A DNA stretch of 56,370 bases from an uncultured Psychrobacter sp. (GTDB lineage: Bacteria > Pseudomonadota > Gammaproteobacteria > Pseudomonadales > Moraxellaceae). The DNA is taken from positions 1 through 56,370 of the forward strand of contig CAJXUF010000001.1 of assembly GCA_913061175.1 (NCBI GenBank), read 5' to 3'. Shown here piece by piece: positions 46,622 through 56,334 of the stretch. Each line of letters begins with the position of its first letter. The stretch's first letter is position 1. Under the pieces are notes generated by a model. That model saw nothing but the letters and a program-made list of their open reading frames with translations, ran no database searches and had not been told where the DNA came from. Position numbers and translations under genes: made by a program.

Positions 46622-49573
46622 ATGAGTATAGAAAAACTTGAAGAATTTGCCAAAGATGGCGACAAAAACCTTGATAACTTAGATGTTAATCAAGGTTTTT
46701 TGCAATCTGAGAAGCCAGAAAGACAATGGTTTAATAAGTTGCTTTACGATATAACGAAAAAGATCAACAGCACTATCGACTTTGTAGAGTCAATTGAAGA
46801 TGGTTTTTTTGATTCTGTGGATTCAGCAAGAACTAAGACACCGCCTCTAAATATATCAAGCATGATTACGCGGTCTTACTCAGACAACGGAAAGGGCGGT
46901 GCTAAATATGCAAGAAGCGATCTATCCACCGTTTCTCAATACCCAAATCAAGCATGGTTTCAAACAGCAGACGGTGCGTACTGGCTACTTGATGAGGCAG
47001 TACCAACACCTGAAATGTTTGGTGCAAAAGGTGATCTTAAATGGCAACTTGTTAAAAAAGGTGATATGGCGGGTGTCAATGCTGATACTTGCGGCCCACG
47101 TATGCTGTCGGGCACAAACGATATTGAAGCGTTCAATGCTGCAATGAAGTACGCAAAGATTAGAGGTTGTGAAAAGGTTTTAGCAGCTGGTAGCTATTAC
47201 ATTCGCTCATTTAACAGGCAGGGTGCAGATGGGTCTAAAAAAACATTTTCAGTTGATTTCAAGTATGACAATGCGTCTGATATCGTTGTTCACGCATACG
47301 ATTCTACAGGCGCTGGAGCTGACGATCAGCACAAAATATACTTAGAGTCAGAGTATCAGGTTGTGGGAAATACAGTGGTTTTGAATGTAGCACCGTTAGC
47401 GGGTGTTATTGTTGAGGTGTGCCAAGTGTTTACCGTTTTTGGAAACTTAGAAGTTTCGGGAACTTTGTGGACACACTACGCATTACCATCGCAAGGTATC
47501 TACTCAAAAGAGAGTGGTTCTAGATATACAGCGAAGCTCACTATTGGTCAGTACAGTTACAACGGCTCTAAGCCATCAAATAATGGTCAGTACGGTGTTA
47601 TATTGTGCGTCGGCTCTGGTTTTCTTCTGCCAGTTGACCATGTAGAAGTGCATAACATTAAGATTAAAAGTGAGATTATTCGAGCCGCTAGGGTGGTTAA
47701 TGATACAGCCAATAATCTAGAATTTCAGGATAGTGACCCATCACAAATGTGTATAGGTATTGGGCGTATAAGAAACGTGATTTTTGAAGTTGACCCATTC
47801 GATGCAGCGACAAATGTAGCTTCTCTTATGTTGTGCCTATTCCACTGGGGCGGGAGATATACGCCACCTGGTGGAGCAGAAATACCAGATAAAGGCGCTT
47901 ATCCGATTGAAAAGACTTGGCATCCTGAGTCATGTCAGTTAACCACAAGCAAGGTCATGAAAGCAGCAGACCATGGTTTTTTTAAAGGTTTTGAGCTTGC
48001 ATCTACCATCAACTGCACAATTAGCGATTTTGAATGTGACGGTCTAACGCACCCATACTGGGTTGGTGTTGGCGACATAGGTGGCGCTTACGCCCAAGGT
48101 GAGCAAGTAGGCCGCGTTAACACAGGGAACAGGATTGGCTATGTAACAGGTTATAACATCAATGTTGGTACAGAAATCTATGCCGTGCTTTTTAAAGGCG
48201 AAGGCACGAGCAAGTTTGAAAAGTACACTGGCACTGATAAATTTTTACAGCGTCAAGGCGATATGGATTTAACCGTTAAAGGTCATACAATTTATTGTAA
48301 TAGTGGCGATGAAGTAATACGTATGCGCGGTGTGCGTGGGCGTGTAGATATGGGTGTTTGTCGTCTATATGGTTGTCCTAGATCATTTTACATACTGTCT
48401 GGCACTGGTAATTGGGTTGCTGATATCGCTGGCTCTGACGGTGTTGTGCGCATTCAGAACCAAAAAGGCGGCACGTTATTACGCACCAATATTGACTTAG
48501 GTAACTCTAGGAATAATACGGTTAGCGACTTGTATGCAAAGGGTTATGAGGCTAAAAACTGCACGGTTTACTTGCAGGGTTCGACATACACGACAACTAC
48601 CACAGCAGCAATCGCTGTTGGTGCAACTTCCATACCAATTACAGCTTTTTCGTCAACATTGGCTGCTGTTAGTCCTAACGACTTGTTAAAAATAAAATCA
48701 GGTACGGATATTATTGAAGTTCGGGCAACTGGCTATGTTGCACCTGGAGGATTGGACATCCCTTGTACACCAGTGCCAAAAGCACTTGGTACGGGTGCCG
48801 CTGTAACTTTAGACTTATCAGTTGAAATGGATTACATCAACATGACAAGTAAATCATCGGAGTATGGATTGTATTCTGAGAACGCAGTGATTAAGCGTTT
48901 GGATTTTAGTCAGATGGGTTGGTCTGGTCGTCATAGTGCTAGGATGTATAACACTAGAGCAACTATCATTGGGCGCTTGCCATCGTCTGACTCAAGACGA
49001 ATTAGTACAGCGAGCGATCAAGCGATATGGGCTGATAGCAAATGCCGATTAATTGGATTAAATCTAGAAATTCCGTCAGGGAGTGATGGTGACGAGGCTG
49101 TATTCTTACAGGCTGAATCAGGCAACGGAGCTACCCTGACTTTAGTCGGGGGCGTCGTAGGAAATGTAAATACACTATCCCCTAGTGCTGCCTACCCAAT
49201 CAATCAAATCAACTTTAGCGGTACGGTTGATAATGATGGTCAAATACTTAAACCTATTGGACGTAGTGGTACAAACGCTAATGGCTCATGGGTGAAGTAC
49301 TTAGATGGTTCTATGGAATGTTGGGCGCGTAACGTGACGATAGGTGCAACACAGCCGTACACTTGGACATTCCCTGTATCTTTTTCCGACACGGCGAGTA
49401 TTTATGTAAATGCTACAGCGACAAGCATGACAACATCTAGAGTGGGGGCTGCTATATCAACATCTATAACACAAGCCACTATCACGATATCGGATAATAC
49501 AGCTACAACAAGCGGCAGTCCTTCATCGTCAGTGGCAGGTATGAGTTTGTATGCTAAGGGGTTTTGGAGGTAG
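46622..49573 (+). CDS. tailspike/receptor-binding protein (probable beta-helix depolymerase)
   Basis: anchor shared with previous gene; PEMFGAKGD..ND..AFNAA beta-helix start; C-terminal NANG.WVKY.DG.MECW...TFP.SF domain. Confidence 0.8.
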   Translation: MSIEKLEEFAKDGDKNLDNLDVNQGFLQSEKPERQWFNKLLYDITKKINSTIDFVESIEDGFFDSVDSARTKTPPLNISSMITRSYSDNGKGGAKYARSDLSTVSQYPNQAWFQTADGAYWLLDEAVPTPEMFGAKGDLKWQLVKKGDMAGVNADTCGPRMLSGTNDIEAFNAAMKYAKIRGCEKVLAAGSYYIRSFNRQGADGSKKTFSVDFKYDNASDIVVHAYDSTGAGADDQHKIYLESEYQVVGNTVVLNVAPLAGVIVEVCQVFTVFGNLEVSGTLWTHYALPSQGIYSKESGSRYTAKLTIGQYSYNGSKPSNNGQYGVILCVGSGFLLPVDHVEVHNIKIKSEIIRAARVVNDTANNLEFQDSDPSQMCIGIGRIRNVIFEVDPFDAATNVASLMLCLFHWGGRYTPPGGAEIPDKGAYPIEKTWHPESCQLTTSKVMKAADHGFFKGFELASTINCTISDFECDGLTHPYWVGVGDIGGAYAQGEQVGRVNTGNRIGYVTGYNINVGTEIYAVLFKGEGTSKFEKYTGTDKFLQRQGDMDLTVKGHTIYCNSGDEVIRMRGVRGRVDMGVCRLYGCPRSFYILSGTGNWVADIAGSDGVVRIQNQKGGTLLRTNIDLGNSRNNTVSDLYAKGYEAKNCTVYLQGSTYTTTTTAAIAVGATSIPITAFSSTLAAVSPNDLLKIKSGTDIIEVRATGYVAPGGLDIPCTPVPKALGTGAAVTLDLSVEMDYINMTSKSSEYGLYSENAVIKRLDFSQMGWSGRHSARMYNTRATIIGRLPSSDSRRISTASDQAIWADSKCRLIGLNLEIPSGSDGDEAVFLQAESGNGATLTLVGGVVGNVNTLSPSAAYPINQINFSGTVDNDGQILKPIGRSGTNANGSWVKYLDGSMECWARNVTIGATQPYTWTFPVSFSDTASIYVNATATSMTTSRVGAAISTSITQATITISDNTATTSGSPSSSVAGMSLYAKGFWR

Positions 49574-49661
49574 AGCTTTCAAAATCCTTGATATGTAGTG
49601 CTTCGCCATGAAAAATTAGTTAATATGGCGTTACGCTACATATCCACTTAAAGGTAAGTCA

Positions 49662-50783
49662 ATGAATATGCAACTGTCAGATACGCATTATTTACATCTA
49701 AAGCCAACATCCAGCAAGCTTTTGATAATTCTTAGTGCCACAGGAACAAAGGCTGGCAGATTTAATCTATGGGGTCTGAGGGATAAGATACCGCACAACA
49801 TACTTTTCTTACGAGTTGCAGAAAACGACTGGTATCAGAATGGGGTGTCAGGCTTAGCCAATAGTCATGAGGGCACTATTTCCGCGATAAAATCCATAGT
49901 TTCTAAGAACGATATTAAGGAGGTTTACACTTGTGGTTCTAGCATGGGTGGTTGGGCGGCAATATTTTACGGCGCGGAGTTGAATTGCAATGCTCTAGCA
50001 TTTAGCCCAGAAATTTTACTAAAGTTACCACACAGTCGTTCGGCTAAAATGATGCCGGTAGAAACCACTGTTAGGTTTCATGATATAAGAAACAAGATTG
50101 AAGGAAGCAAGTCTTTATTTTATATATACACAGGAGAACGCGACCCAGTTGACTTATATTGCGCCGATTTAGTAAAAGATTTCGAAAATGTTGAAGTAAC
50201 AACTTTTCCTAATGACGAACATACGGTATTAAGGACGCTGGTTTCTAACGGCCAGTTTTTACCTATGTTGTGGCTATTTATGTCGGGCAGCAAGATAAAT
50301 AAACAGAAAGATGCAGGTAGGGCTTTGAACTACGAGGGTTTTGCAGAAAATTATTATTTTGGTTGGTCTGCATATCAAAGCAAAGATAATGATAATGCAA
50401 GAGCGTTTCTTGAGATAGCCCTATCCAAATATGCTGCTGCCTCTCATGCTCAATATATTATGGGTAGTTTGTTGTATCGACATAAAGACTTTAGCAAAGG
50501 CAAAGATTATATGTTGATGGCCTTGGCTTTGCGTCCAGACATTCCAGAACATCATGTTGGTGTTGCTCAATACTTTAGAAGAATTGGGCTGCTAGATGAT
50601 GCTATTAGGATGCACTTGGATATTCAGAGCCGGTGGCCTGAATCTTACCAATCAAGATATGAGTTAGCTATGATTTATATTGAGATCGATGATAAACAAC
50701 AGGCTATTTCGCAGCTAAAAGAAGTTGTTAGACTACAACCCAAACGGAAAGCTTATAAAGACGCTTTGAGTAAGTTGCAGTAG
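49662..50783 (+). CDS. moron 5: alpha/beta hydrolase-fold enzyme fused to TPR repeats
   Basis: GSSMGG (S94), D161/D164, H187; C-terminal TPR-like helices; terminator at 50803-50827. Confidence 0.8.
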   Translation: MNMQLSDTHYLHLKPTSSKLLIILSATGTKAGRFNLWGLRDKIPHNILFLRVAENDWYQNGVSGLANSHEGTISAIKSIVSKNDIKEVYTCGSSMGGWAAIFYGAELNCNALAFSPEILLKLPHSRSAKMMPVETTVRFHDIRNKIEGSKSLFYIYTGERDPVDLYCADLVKDFENVEVTTFPNDEHTVLRTLVSNGQFLPMLWLFMSGSKINKQKDAGRALNYEGFAENYYFGWSAYQSKDNDNARAFLEIALSKYAAASHAQYIMGSLLYRHKDFSKGKDYMLMALALRPDIPEHHVGVAQYFRRIGLLDDAIRMHLDIQSRWPESYQSRYELAMIYIEIDDKQQAISQLKEVVRLQPKRKAYKDALSKLQ

Positions 50784-50852
50784 GTTCTTAATATTTTTAA
50801 ACAAAGCCCCTTAATCGGGGTTTTTTTATATCTAAATTTTGAGGGGGGCGTT

Positions 50853-51332
50853 ATGCCTAACAATCAATGCGGCTTGATAAGTCGCTATTTTTTTAAGTTT
50901 AGCAAGCTGATAGATTGGATATTCCCGACAGCAAATAGCGTAAGGCCAGTTGAGGTTGCAAACGTCGGTATGCTGTGGTCATTCTCGATCATCTTCATTA
51001 TTGGCGCGGCTGATATTATCTTGCAGTACCCATATCGCGGCTTTACTTACGTGTCCTCGATATGGGTATGGATAGCCATGTTCATTCTTGGCACTGGCTG
51101 TTGGTTCGCGCTCGTTAAGAAGTCTTTACGCTCAGATAGGCGGTCAGCAATAGGGCTAGCATTGTCGTCAGTGGTCTTTATATCGCTGTCAGGCATCTTT
51201 GCTAGTGATTACCCTCCATTATCTACAGCGGTGCCTATCTACTTCTTACACGGCATTATGTGCTTAATGGCATCAGTTAAAAGAATGAAAACAGTGCGAG
51301 TCATAGCAGACGAATTAGCCAATGAGGGGTAA
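50853..51332 (+). CDS. 4-TM membrane protein of the lysis cassette (holin/antiholin candidate)
   Basis: four hydrophobic segments; GAGGGGG RBS; upstream of endolysin. Confidence 0.6.
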   Translation: MPNNQCGLISRYFFKFSKLIDWIFPTANSVRPVEVANVGMLWSFSIIFIIGAADIILQYPYRGFTYVSSIWVWIAMFILGTGCWFALVKKSLRSDRRSAIGLALSSVVFISLSGIFASDYPPLSTAVPIYFLHGIMCLMASVKRMKTVRVIADELANEG

Positions 51333-51334
51333 AG

Positions 51335-51733
51335 GTGGAAATTGTAAATTTACTTTTACAGTCGCCTTTACTTCAAATATTGGCGGCTATATGCGGCTGC
51401 CTAATCGGATCGCTAGCTATGAATCCAGTCGAGCGTTACGGCATTAGAATAGCAATCTTGTTCACAATGCTGTCAATGCTCGTCGCTAGCGCACTATCTG
51501 AATATCTAGCTGTAACTAAAGAAATGGAGTTTGTCACAGTCCATGCTGCCATTGGTGGCGGCATTGGTCTAACTGGTCAGTTTTTAATTGAGGAAATCAA
51601 ACAAAGCGCACCAAAGTTTTTTAAATCACTGCTCAATATCTTAACGTCAACACTTATAGATAACATCGTTGAAACTATCGTGATGTTCTTTGACGGGGTT
51701 AAGCGCAGGATTAAAAAATGGTTGCCGAAATAA
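51335..51733 (+). CDS. putative holin
   Basis: about 3 TM segments, basic C-terminus; directly before endolysin. Confidence 0.6.
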   Translation: MEIVNLLLQSPLLQILAAICGCLIGSLAMNPVERYGIRIAILFTMLSMLVASALSEYLAVTKEMEFVTVHAAIGGGIGLTGQFLIEEIKQSAPKFFKSLLNILTSTLIDNIVETIVMFFDGVKRRIKKWLPK

Positions 51734-51770
51734 CTTAGCCGCTTAATTGCGGTTTTTTTTGGGGATAAAA

Positions 51771-52343
51771 ATGAGTAAATCACATATAACACAGGCGCAA
51801 ACAGCATTGGCTGCTGCTGGATTTTACAACGACAAGCTAATTGACGGTGACTTCGGTAAAGACTCACTAGCAGCCGTCCTGAAATCATTAGATAGTATAG
51901 ATAACGCAGTAACAGCACTTACAGATACTAAAATTCCACCACTTAGCGACAATGGTAAATACAAGTTAAGCGCCACATCACTAAAGCGACTAGCACCAAT
52001 CCACGCTGATTTGCAAAAAGTGGTCAATCGCGCTATTCAAATTACAACGGTTGACTTTACGGTTGGCGAAGGTATGCGAACACTTGCAAGGCAAAAAGAG
52101 CTAGTCGCTAAAGGTGCTAGTAAGACCATGAATAGCCGCCACCTAACAGGTCATGCCGTGGACTTAATCGCACTTGATGAAGATGGTCAAGTTACATGGG
52201 ATTGGGATTATTACCATCCATTAGCTGACGCCATAAAGCAAGCAGCTAAAGAGGTTGGTGTTAGTATTGAATGGGGCGGAGATTGGAAAACATTTAAGGA
52301 TGGCCCTCATTATCAGCTACCTTGGTCAAGTTATCCAAAGTAG
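51771..52343 (+). CDS. endolysin: peptidoglycan-binding domain + M15 L-Ala-D-Glu peptidase (ATG 51771)
   Basis: Q.AL...GFY...IDGDFG; EG.RT..RQ, SRHLTGHAVD, WGGDW..FKDGPHYQL. Confidence 0.9.
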   Translation: MSKSHITQAQTALAAAGFYNDKLIDGDFGKDSLAAVLKSLDSIDNAVTALTDTKIPPLSDNGKYKLSATSLKRLAPIHADLQKVVNRAIQITTVDFTVGEGMRTLARQKELVAKGASKTMNSRHLTGHAVDLIALDEDGQVTWDWDYYHPLADAIKQAAKEVGVSIEWGGDWKTFKDGPHYQLPWSSYPK

Positions 52344-52364
52344 CATTCGAATAGGTTTACCCTG

Positions 52365-52396
52365 TGCCCTGTCATTAATTTGGCAGGGCGTTTTTT
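52365..52396 (+). terminator. late operon end terminator
   Basis: GCCCTGTCA-TTAATT-TGGCAGGGC-GTTTTTT. Confidence 0.8.
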
Positions 52397-52475
52397 GTGT
52401 CTAGGTTTTGAGAAGCAAAGCAGCTTGTCACTCGGAATAGTGGGTTTTTGAGAAGCTAGGTTTTGGCAAAGTTTC

Positions 52476-52564
52476 GTACCATATTCGTACCATGAACCAA
52501 AACAAAAAACCTGAAAGCGTTTGTCTGTAAAGCTTTAACGTGATTGGTTGATACTATCGATCAT
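52476..52564. other. right attachment region: arm repeat (52476-52492) and core TCGATCAT (52557-52564)
   Basis: 17-bp and 8-bp identities with the left end. Confidence 0.85.
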
Positions 52565-52609
52565 TGGCGCAACTGAGAGGCGTTTGTTGGTCATATCAAC
52601 CATGGTCAT
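52535..52609 (-). pseudogene. dusA: displaced native 5' end of dusA (MTMVDMTNKRLSVAPMID, then a phage-derived stop)
   Basis: translation matches the DusA KRLSVAPMID motif; restored in frame on excision. Confidence 0.88.
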
Positions 52610-52641
52610 CAAGCCTTAATATTTGTGTCTTAAATAAATGG

Positions 52642-52679
52642 ATAAGGTGCAATGGATGAGACATACCATTGCACCTTAT
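52642..52679. terminator. 14-bp inverted repeat between the MFS 3' end and the native dusA start
   Basis: ATAAGGTGCAATGG...CCATTGCACCTTAT. Confidence 0.55.
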
Positions 52680-52734
52680 TTGCAAGAGTTTCCAGAGCTT
52701 CAAGCGTCATGCGAAACAGTGATTGACCAATTAT

Positions 52735-54039
52735 TTATAAAATAACATGATCAATCTTTTTGAATTCAGGCAAATTATAGAAATAAAGCCCCATAATAAT
52801 ACCGATAGAGCCCACAAAGGCAATGTATAGTGCTGGTGAAAAGCTTACTAAAGTTGTGGCATAACCAAGACCAAAAGGTATCAGTACACCAACGATACCG
52901 TAGGTCACATTATAACAAAAAGAGATACCTGTGAGACGCACGTTGGTTGGAAACAATTGCACCAAGATAGCAGGAACCATACCGACAATACCAGCACAGA
53001 ATCCCAAAAGCGCGTACATAATTAAAATGTAATCGCCACCTGCTTGTAGATGATAAAAGAAGGCTAGTATTTGAGCAATGAGGAGTATCGAACCAATTAC
53101 TAGAACCTTACCAAAATTCTCATGATTAGAAATTATCCCATAGAATATACAGCCAAAAATCATAAATACGATGCCCAAGCTATGGGAGAATCCAAACAAA
53201 TCGCTGTCTAATGTAAAGTTTATCTCTATCAAGTCTGGCAATAGTAGAACAACCACAGAGGTAATGCTAGAAATCACTAACGTCAGCACCATGCCGACAA
53301 ACACAGAGTGTTTGCAGTGTTTAAAGAGTATGGTAAGCGGCTTGCCTGAGTTTTTGCCGGTATTTAATTTTGTAAGTGCCAGAAAAAAGGGTGTTTCTCC
53401 GATGAATCGCCAAAATAAGAGCGGTAAGAAACTAAGAGCCGCCGCTACTAAAAATGGTAAACGCCAACCATAATCAGTTAGCTCAGTCGTCGTCATAAAG
53501 CTAGAGAGCCACATAAAAAAGGCATTTGAAAACAGCACACCTACAAAGAAGCTAGCAGTCGCATAGCTACAGGCAACTGACAGATACTGTCTGGGCACAT
53601 GCTCTGCTACAAATACCCAAGATAGCGGTACATAAAGACCAAACGCCATACCCTGTATGATTCTTAACAATATAAATAAGGCAGGCGCAGCAGCCCCCCA
53701 TTGTGCATAAGTTGGCAAAAATGCCATTGCTAAGAGACTGCATGCGGTGACTATGATACTTAGCAATAAAACGGGCTTTCTACCTTTTATATCACCATAA
53801 CGACCGATGAGAACACCTCCGATTGGACGTGCTAAATAACCGATAACAAAAAGCCCCATACCTTGCAGTTTAGCAACTCTAGGGTCAGCATTAGCAGGAA
53901 AAATCGCCGCTGAAACAATATCTGAGATATACAAGTAAATCAAAAAATCAAAAAATATCACAGCGCTGATGAAGCTAATGAACAGCACTACATTTTTGTC
54001 TTTAGTAGACATCAAGGCATGTTGGGAACGAGATGGCAT
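52735..54039 (-). CDS. MFS transporter (MHS/ProP-like)
   Basis: GYLARPIGG..GRYGD..GRK, LRIIQG, WRLPF, LFPT.VR.TG. Confidence 0.9.
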   Translation of the reverse strand: MPSRSQHALMSTKDKNVVLFISFISAVIFFDFLIYLYISDIVSAAIFPANADPRVAKLQGMGLFVIGYLARPIGGVLIGRYGDIKGRKPVLLLSIIVTACSLLAMAFLPTYAQWGAAAPALFILLRIIQGMAFGLYVPLSWVFVAEHVPRQYLSVACSYATASFFVGVLFSNAFFMWLSSFMTTTELTDYGWRLPFLVAAALSFLPLLFWRFIGETPFFLALTKLNTGKNSGKPLTILFKHCKHSVFVGMVLTLVISSITSVVVLLLPDLIEINFTLDSDLFGFSHSLGIVFMIFGCIFYGIISNHENFGKVLVIGSILLIAQILAFFYHLQAGGDYILIMYALLGFCAGIVGMVPAILVQLFPTNVRLTGISFCYNVTYGIVGVLIPFGLGYATTLVSFSPALYIAFVGSIGIIMGLYFYNLPEFKKIDHVIL

Positions 54040-54235
54040 AATAAATCACATATCCACGGAGTAAAATGGTCATTAAGACAATCATTATTTTAATGATCGA
54101 CCATGATAAAAACTGGCAAATCGATATATAAATGACGATTTGCCGAAATAATAAGTTGGTTTTTGAGTAATGGATGGTTTACAAGTTAGCTCAAACAGAT
54201 TTACAAGACGCCAAAGCCTAACTAACTGATATTTC

Positions 54236-55870
54236 TTATAATAGCCAGTCAATGGGCAACCAAGACATAATGGTTAACCAAACATGGTCAGCCATGTCCA
54301 CTCGTGGCTCTGAGTCATAGACTACCTTTTCGCCTTTCTCCATGGTGTGCCATTGCAGGTTGCCATTTTCTAGTAGCTTGACTTCATACGCTTGATTTAA
54401 TAGATCGTCGCTCAAAGCGCCATGCAGCTGCCTTGCTAGTTCATCATCATTAATGATTACGCCCATTTCGGTATTGATATTGGCAGAGCGTGGGTCAACG
54501 TTGTATGAACCGATAAAGACTTGATAATCATCTACTGCAAACGTTTTTGCGTGCAAACTGGTTGAAGATTGACTACGGGCCCGCCACAGTTTGTTGTCAC
54601 GTTTTTCTTCAGCAGCGGTCGATTTAAGCTCATATATTTTGACGCCCGAACGAAGCAGGCGAGGTCGCCACTGGCTATAACCAGAATGCACGGCAGTCAC
54701 ATCGGTCGCATCAAATGAGTTGGTTAGTATCTTAATATCGACACCAGCTTCAGCCAGTTTAACCAACGTATCGACGCCATCTTTGGTCGGTACAAAATAA
54801 GAAGAAATAATCGTCAATTTCTTGGTTGGGCTACCAAGCAAGTTACGCAACTGATGAACCAAGTTGGTATCGGCAGGAACCGTTTTGCTTAGTTTGCCGA
54901 CATCATCACTTAAGAACTGCATGTCGGTCCAACGGAAAGGCACACGCTTATTAATCAAGTCACTATCAATCGTAGAGTCTTTGATCGCAGCTTTATAAAC
55001 CGCCAAGCTGCTGCCTTCGTTGTTTTCTTCATCCAGACCTAGCTTATCTAAGGCCTTTAAAAAATCAGGTGTAACGTCATCATCAAATTTCGCTAAGGTC
55101 TCGATATCAAATGATAAAGGCGATGACCAATAGTCATAAAAACTGTTATCAATATCTGCGACGACTTTACCGATAAGTAAGACATCCAAATCTGCAAATT
55201 GGCTGCTTTGATCATTACTAAGGTATTCGTTGCCGATATTACGCCCGCCGATGATAGTAATTTGCTTATCAAAGGTCATGCTCTTATTGTGCATACGACG
55301 ATTGATACGCGGCAAACCAGTCACATAGTTCAATGTTGGAAACTTACGATGCATCAAAGGATTGATGATACGTACCGCAATGTTAGGATGACTGGCAAAG
55401 CGTAATAAATGCTGGTCGAACTTGGCACTATTATTAAAATCATCTAACAATAAGCGCACGATCACGCCGCGCTCAGCCGCGTCCCATAAGTCTTTTAGTA
55501 GAAGCTGGCCAGCCTGATCGTTATGCCAAATATAGTACTGTGCATCAATATTGCGCGTGGCCATATCTGTCAAGATGCTACGTGCCGCAAAAGCATTCGC
55601 TCCGGTCACGATTGGGTGATAGCCAGACAAGTCAGGATGAATATCGTTCTGTGCACTAATAGCAGAGACCAAGTCAGTGCTGCTAGTCTTAATCGTCTCA
55701 CCTTGCGTCGTTTGCTCGTCTGAATATAGCGCCTCTATTCGTGCTGATAGTGCTTGGCTTTCTGGTAAATGTGGCTGCTTGGGCAAACTCTGGCAAGCAC
55801 TAAGCCCTAAAGTCAGTCCTAGGGTTAGGCTCAACGATAAGCTGCTTGGTTCTATACTGAACATCGACAT
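54236..55870 (-). CDS. phospholipase D family, cardiolipin synthase ClsC-like, with lipoprotein signal
   Basis: two HKD motifs (RMHNKSMTFD, LHAKTFAVD); LSA-C lipobox. Confidence 0.88.
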   Translation of the reverse strand: MSMFSIEPSSLSLSLTLGLTLGLSACQSLPKQPHLPESQALSARIEALYSDEQTTQGETIKTSSTDLVSAISAQNDIHPDLSGYHPIVTGANAFAARSILTDMATRNIDAQYYIWHNDQAGQLLLKDLWDAAERGVIVRLLLDDFNNSAKFDQHLLRFASHPNIAVRIINPLMHRKFPTLNYVTGLPRINRRMHNKSMTFDKQITIIGGRNIGNEYLSNDQSSQFADLDVLLIGKVVADIDNSFYDYWSSPLSFDIETLAKFDDDVTPDFLKALDKLGLDEENNEGSSLAVYKAAIKDSTIDSDLINKRVPFRWTDMQFLSDDVGKLSKTVPADTNLVHQLRNLLGSPTKKLTIISSYFVPTKDGVDTLVKLAEAGVDIKILTNSFDATDVTAVHSGYSQWRPRLLRSGVKIYELKSTAAEEKRDNKLWRARSQSSTSLHAKTFAVDDYQVFIGSYNVDPRSANINTEMGVIINDDELARQLHGALSDDLLNQAYEVKLLENGNLQWHTMEKGEKVVYDSEPRVDMADHVWLTIMSWLPIDWLL

Positions 55871-56334
55871 AACGAATTTACCTTAATGAGCCTAAATGTA
55901 CTGATAAATAATGATTCTGAGTGTTTGAAACACTCTTGTTAGATGAATTACCAAACTGTTGTTGTATTACATGTGGCAAAATCTAAATCGTCGCTAAGCT
56001 TAGCAGCTGTTGCGATATCTGCCTATTATAAATACGTTATTTTTGTTAGATTTAGCGCACGAAATCATTGTTTTTTAAGTAGTGTTTAATTATATATGTG
56101 GCAGATTTTAAGCATTAAAATTGATACGTCTTTGGTATTCGAAAATAATATTTAGTGGCCATTTGAAACCAGCTGTGCGGAATAAGTCGGCATGATATGA
56201 TAACGCTGATGAATTCGGTCGATAATCAGAAGAATAAGCAGTCATTTTATTTCAATTAAAAGACCAACCAATAAAATACTAATCAATAAAATACCAACCA
56301 AAGTAATGGAACGTTTATGAGTCAGTCGCAAAAC

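Larger units (their letters stand above)
8604..52564. mobile_element. apparently intact temperate prophage (~43.95 kb; lambdoid control region, contractile tail) integrated in dusA
   Basis: TCGATCAT core at both ends, split dusA 5' end, and integrase, repressor, replication, packaging, head, tail and lysis modules all present. Confidence 0.95.

Noticed and set aside
45956-49573. DGR or invertase-driven fibre variation
   Set aside because: No reverse transcriptase, template/variable repeat pair, invertase or inverted fibre cassette seen
2758-55886. Many short antisense or nested ORFs in the track (e.g. 2758-2988, 19856-20221, 38975-39352, 53171-53473)
   Set aside because: They lie inside well-supported genes and lack RBS or recognisable motifs
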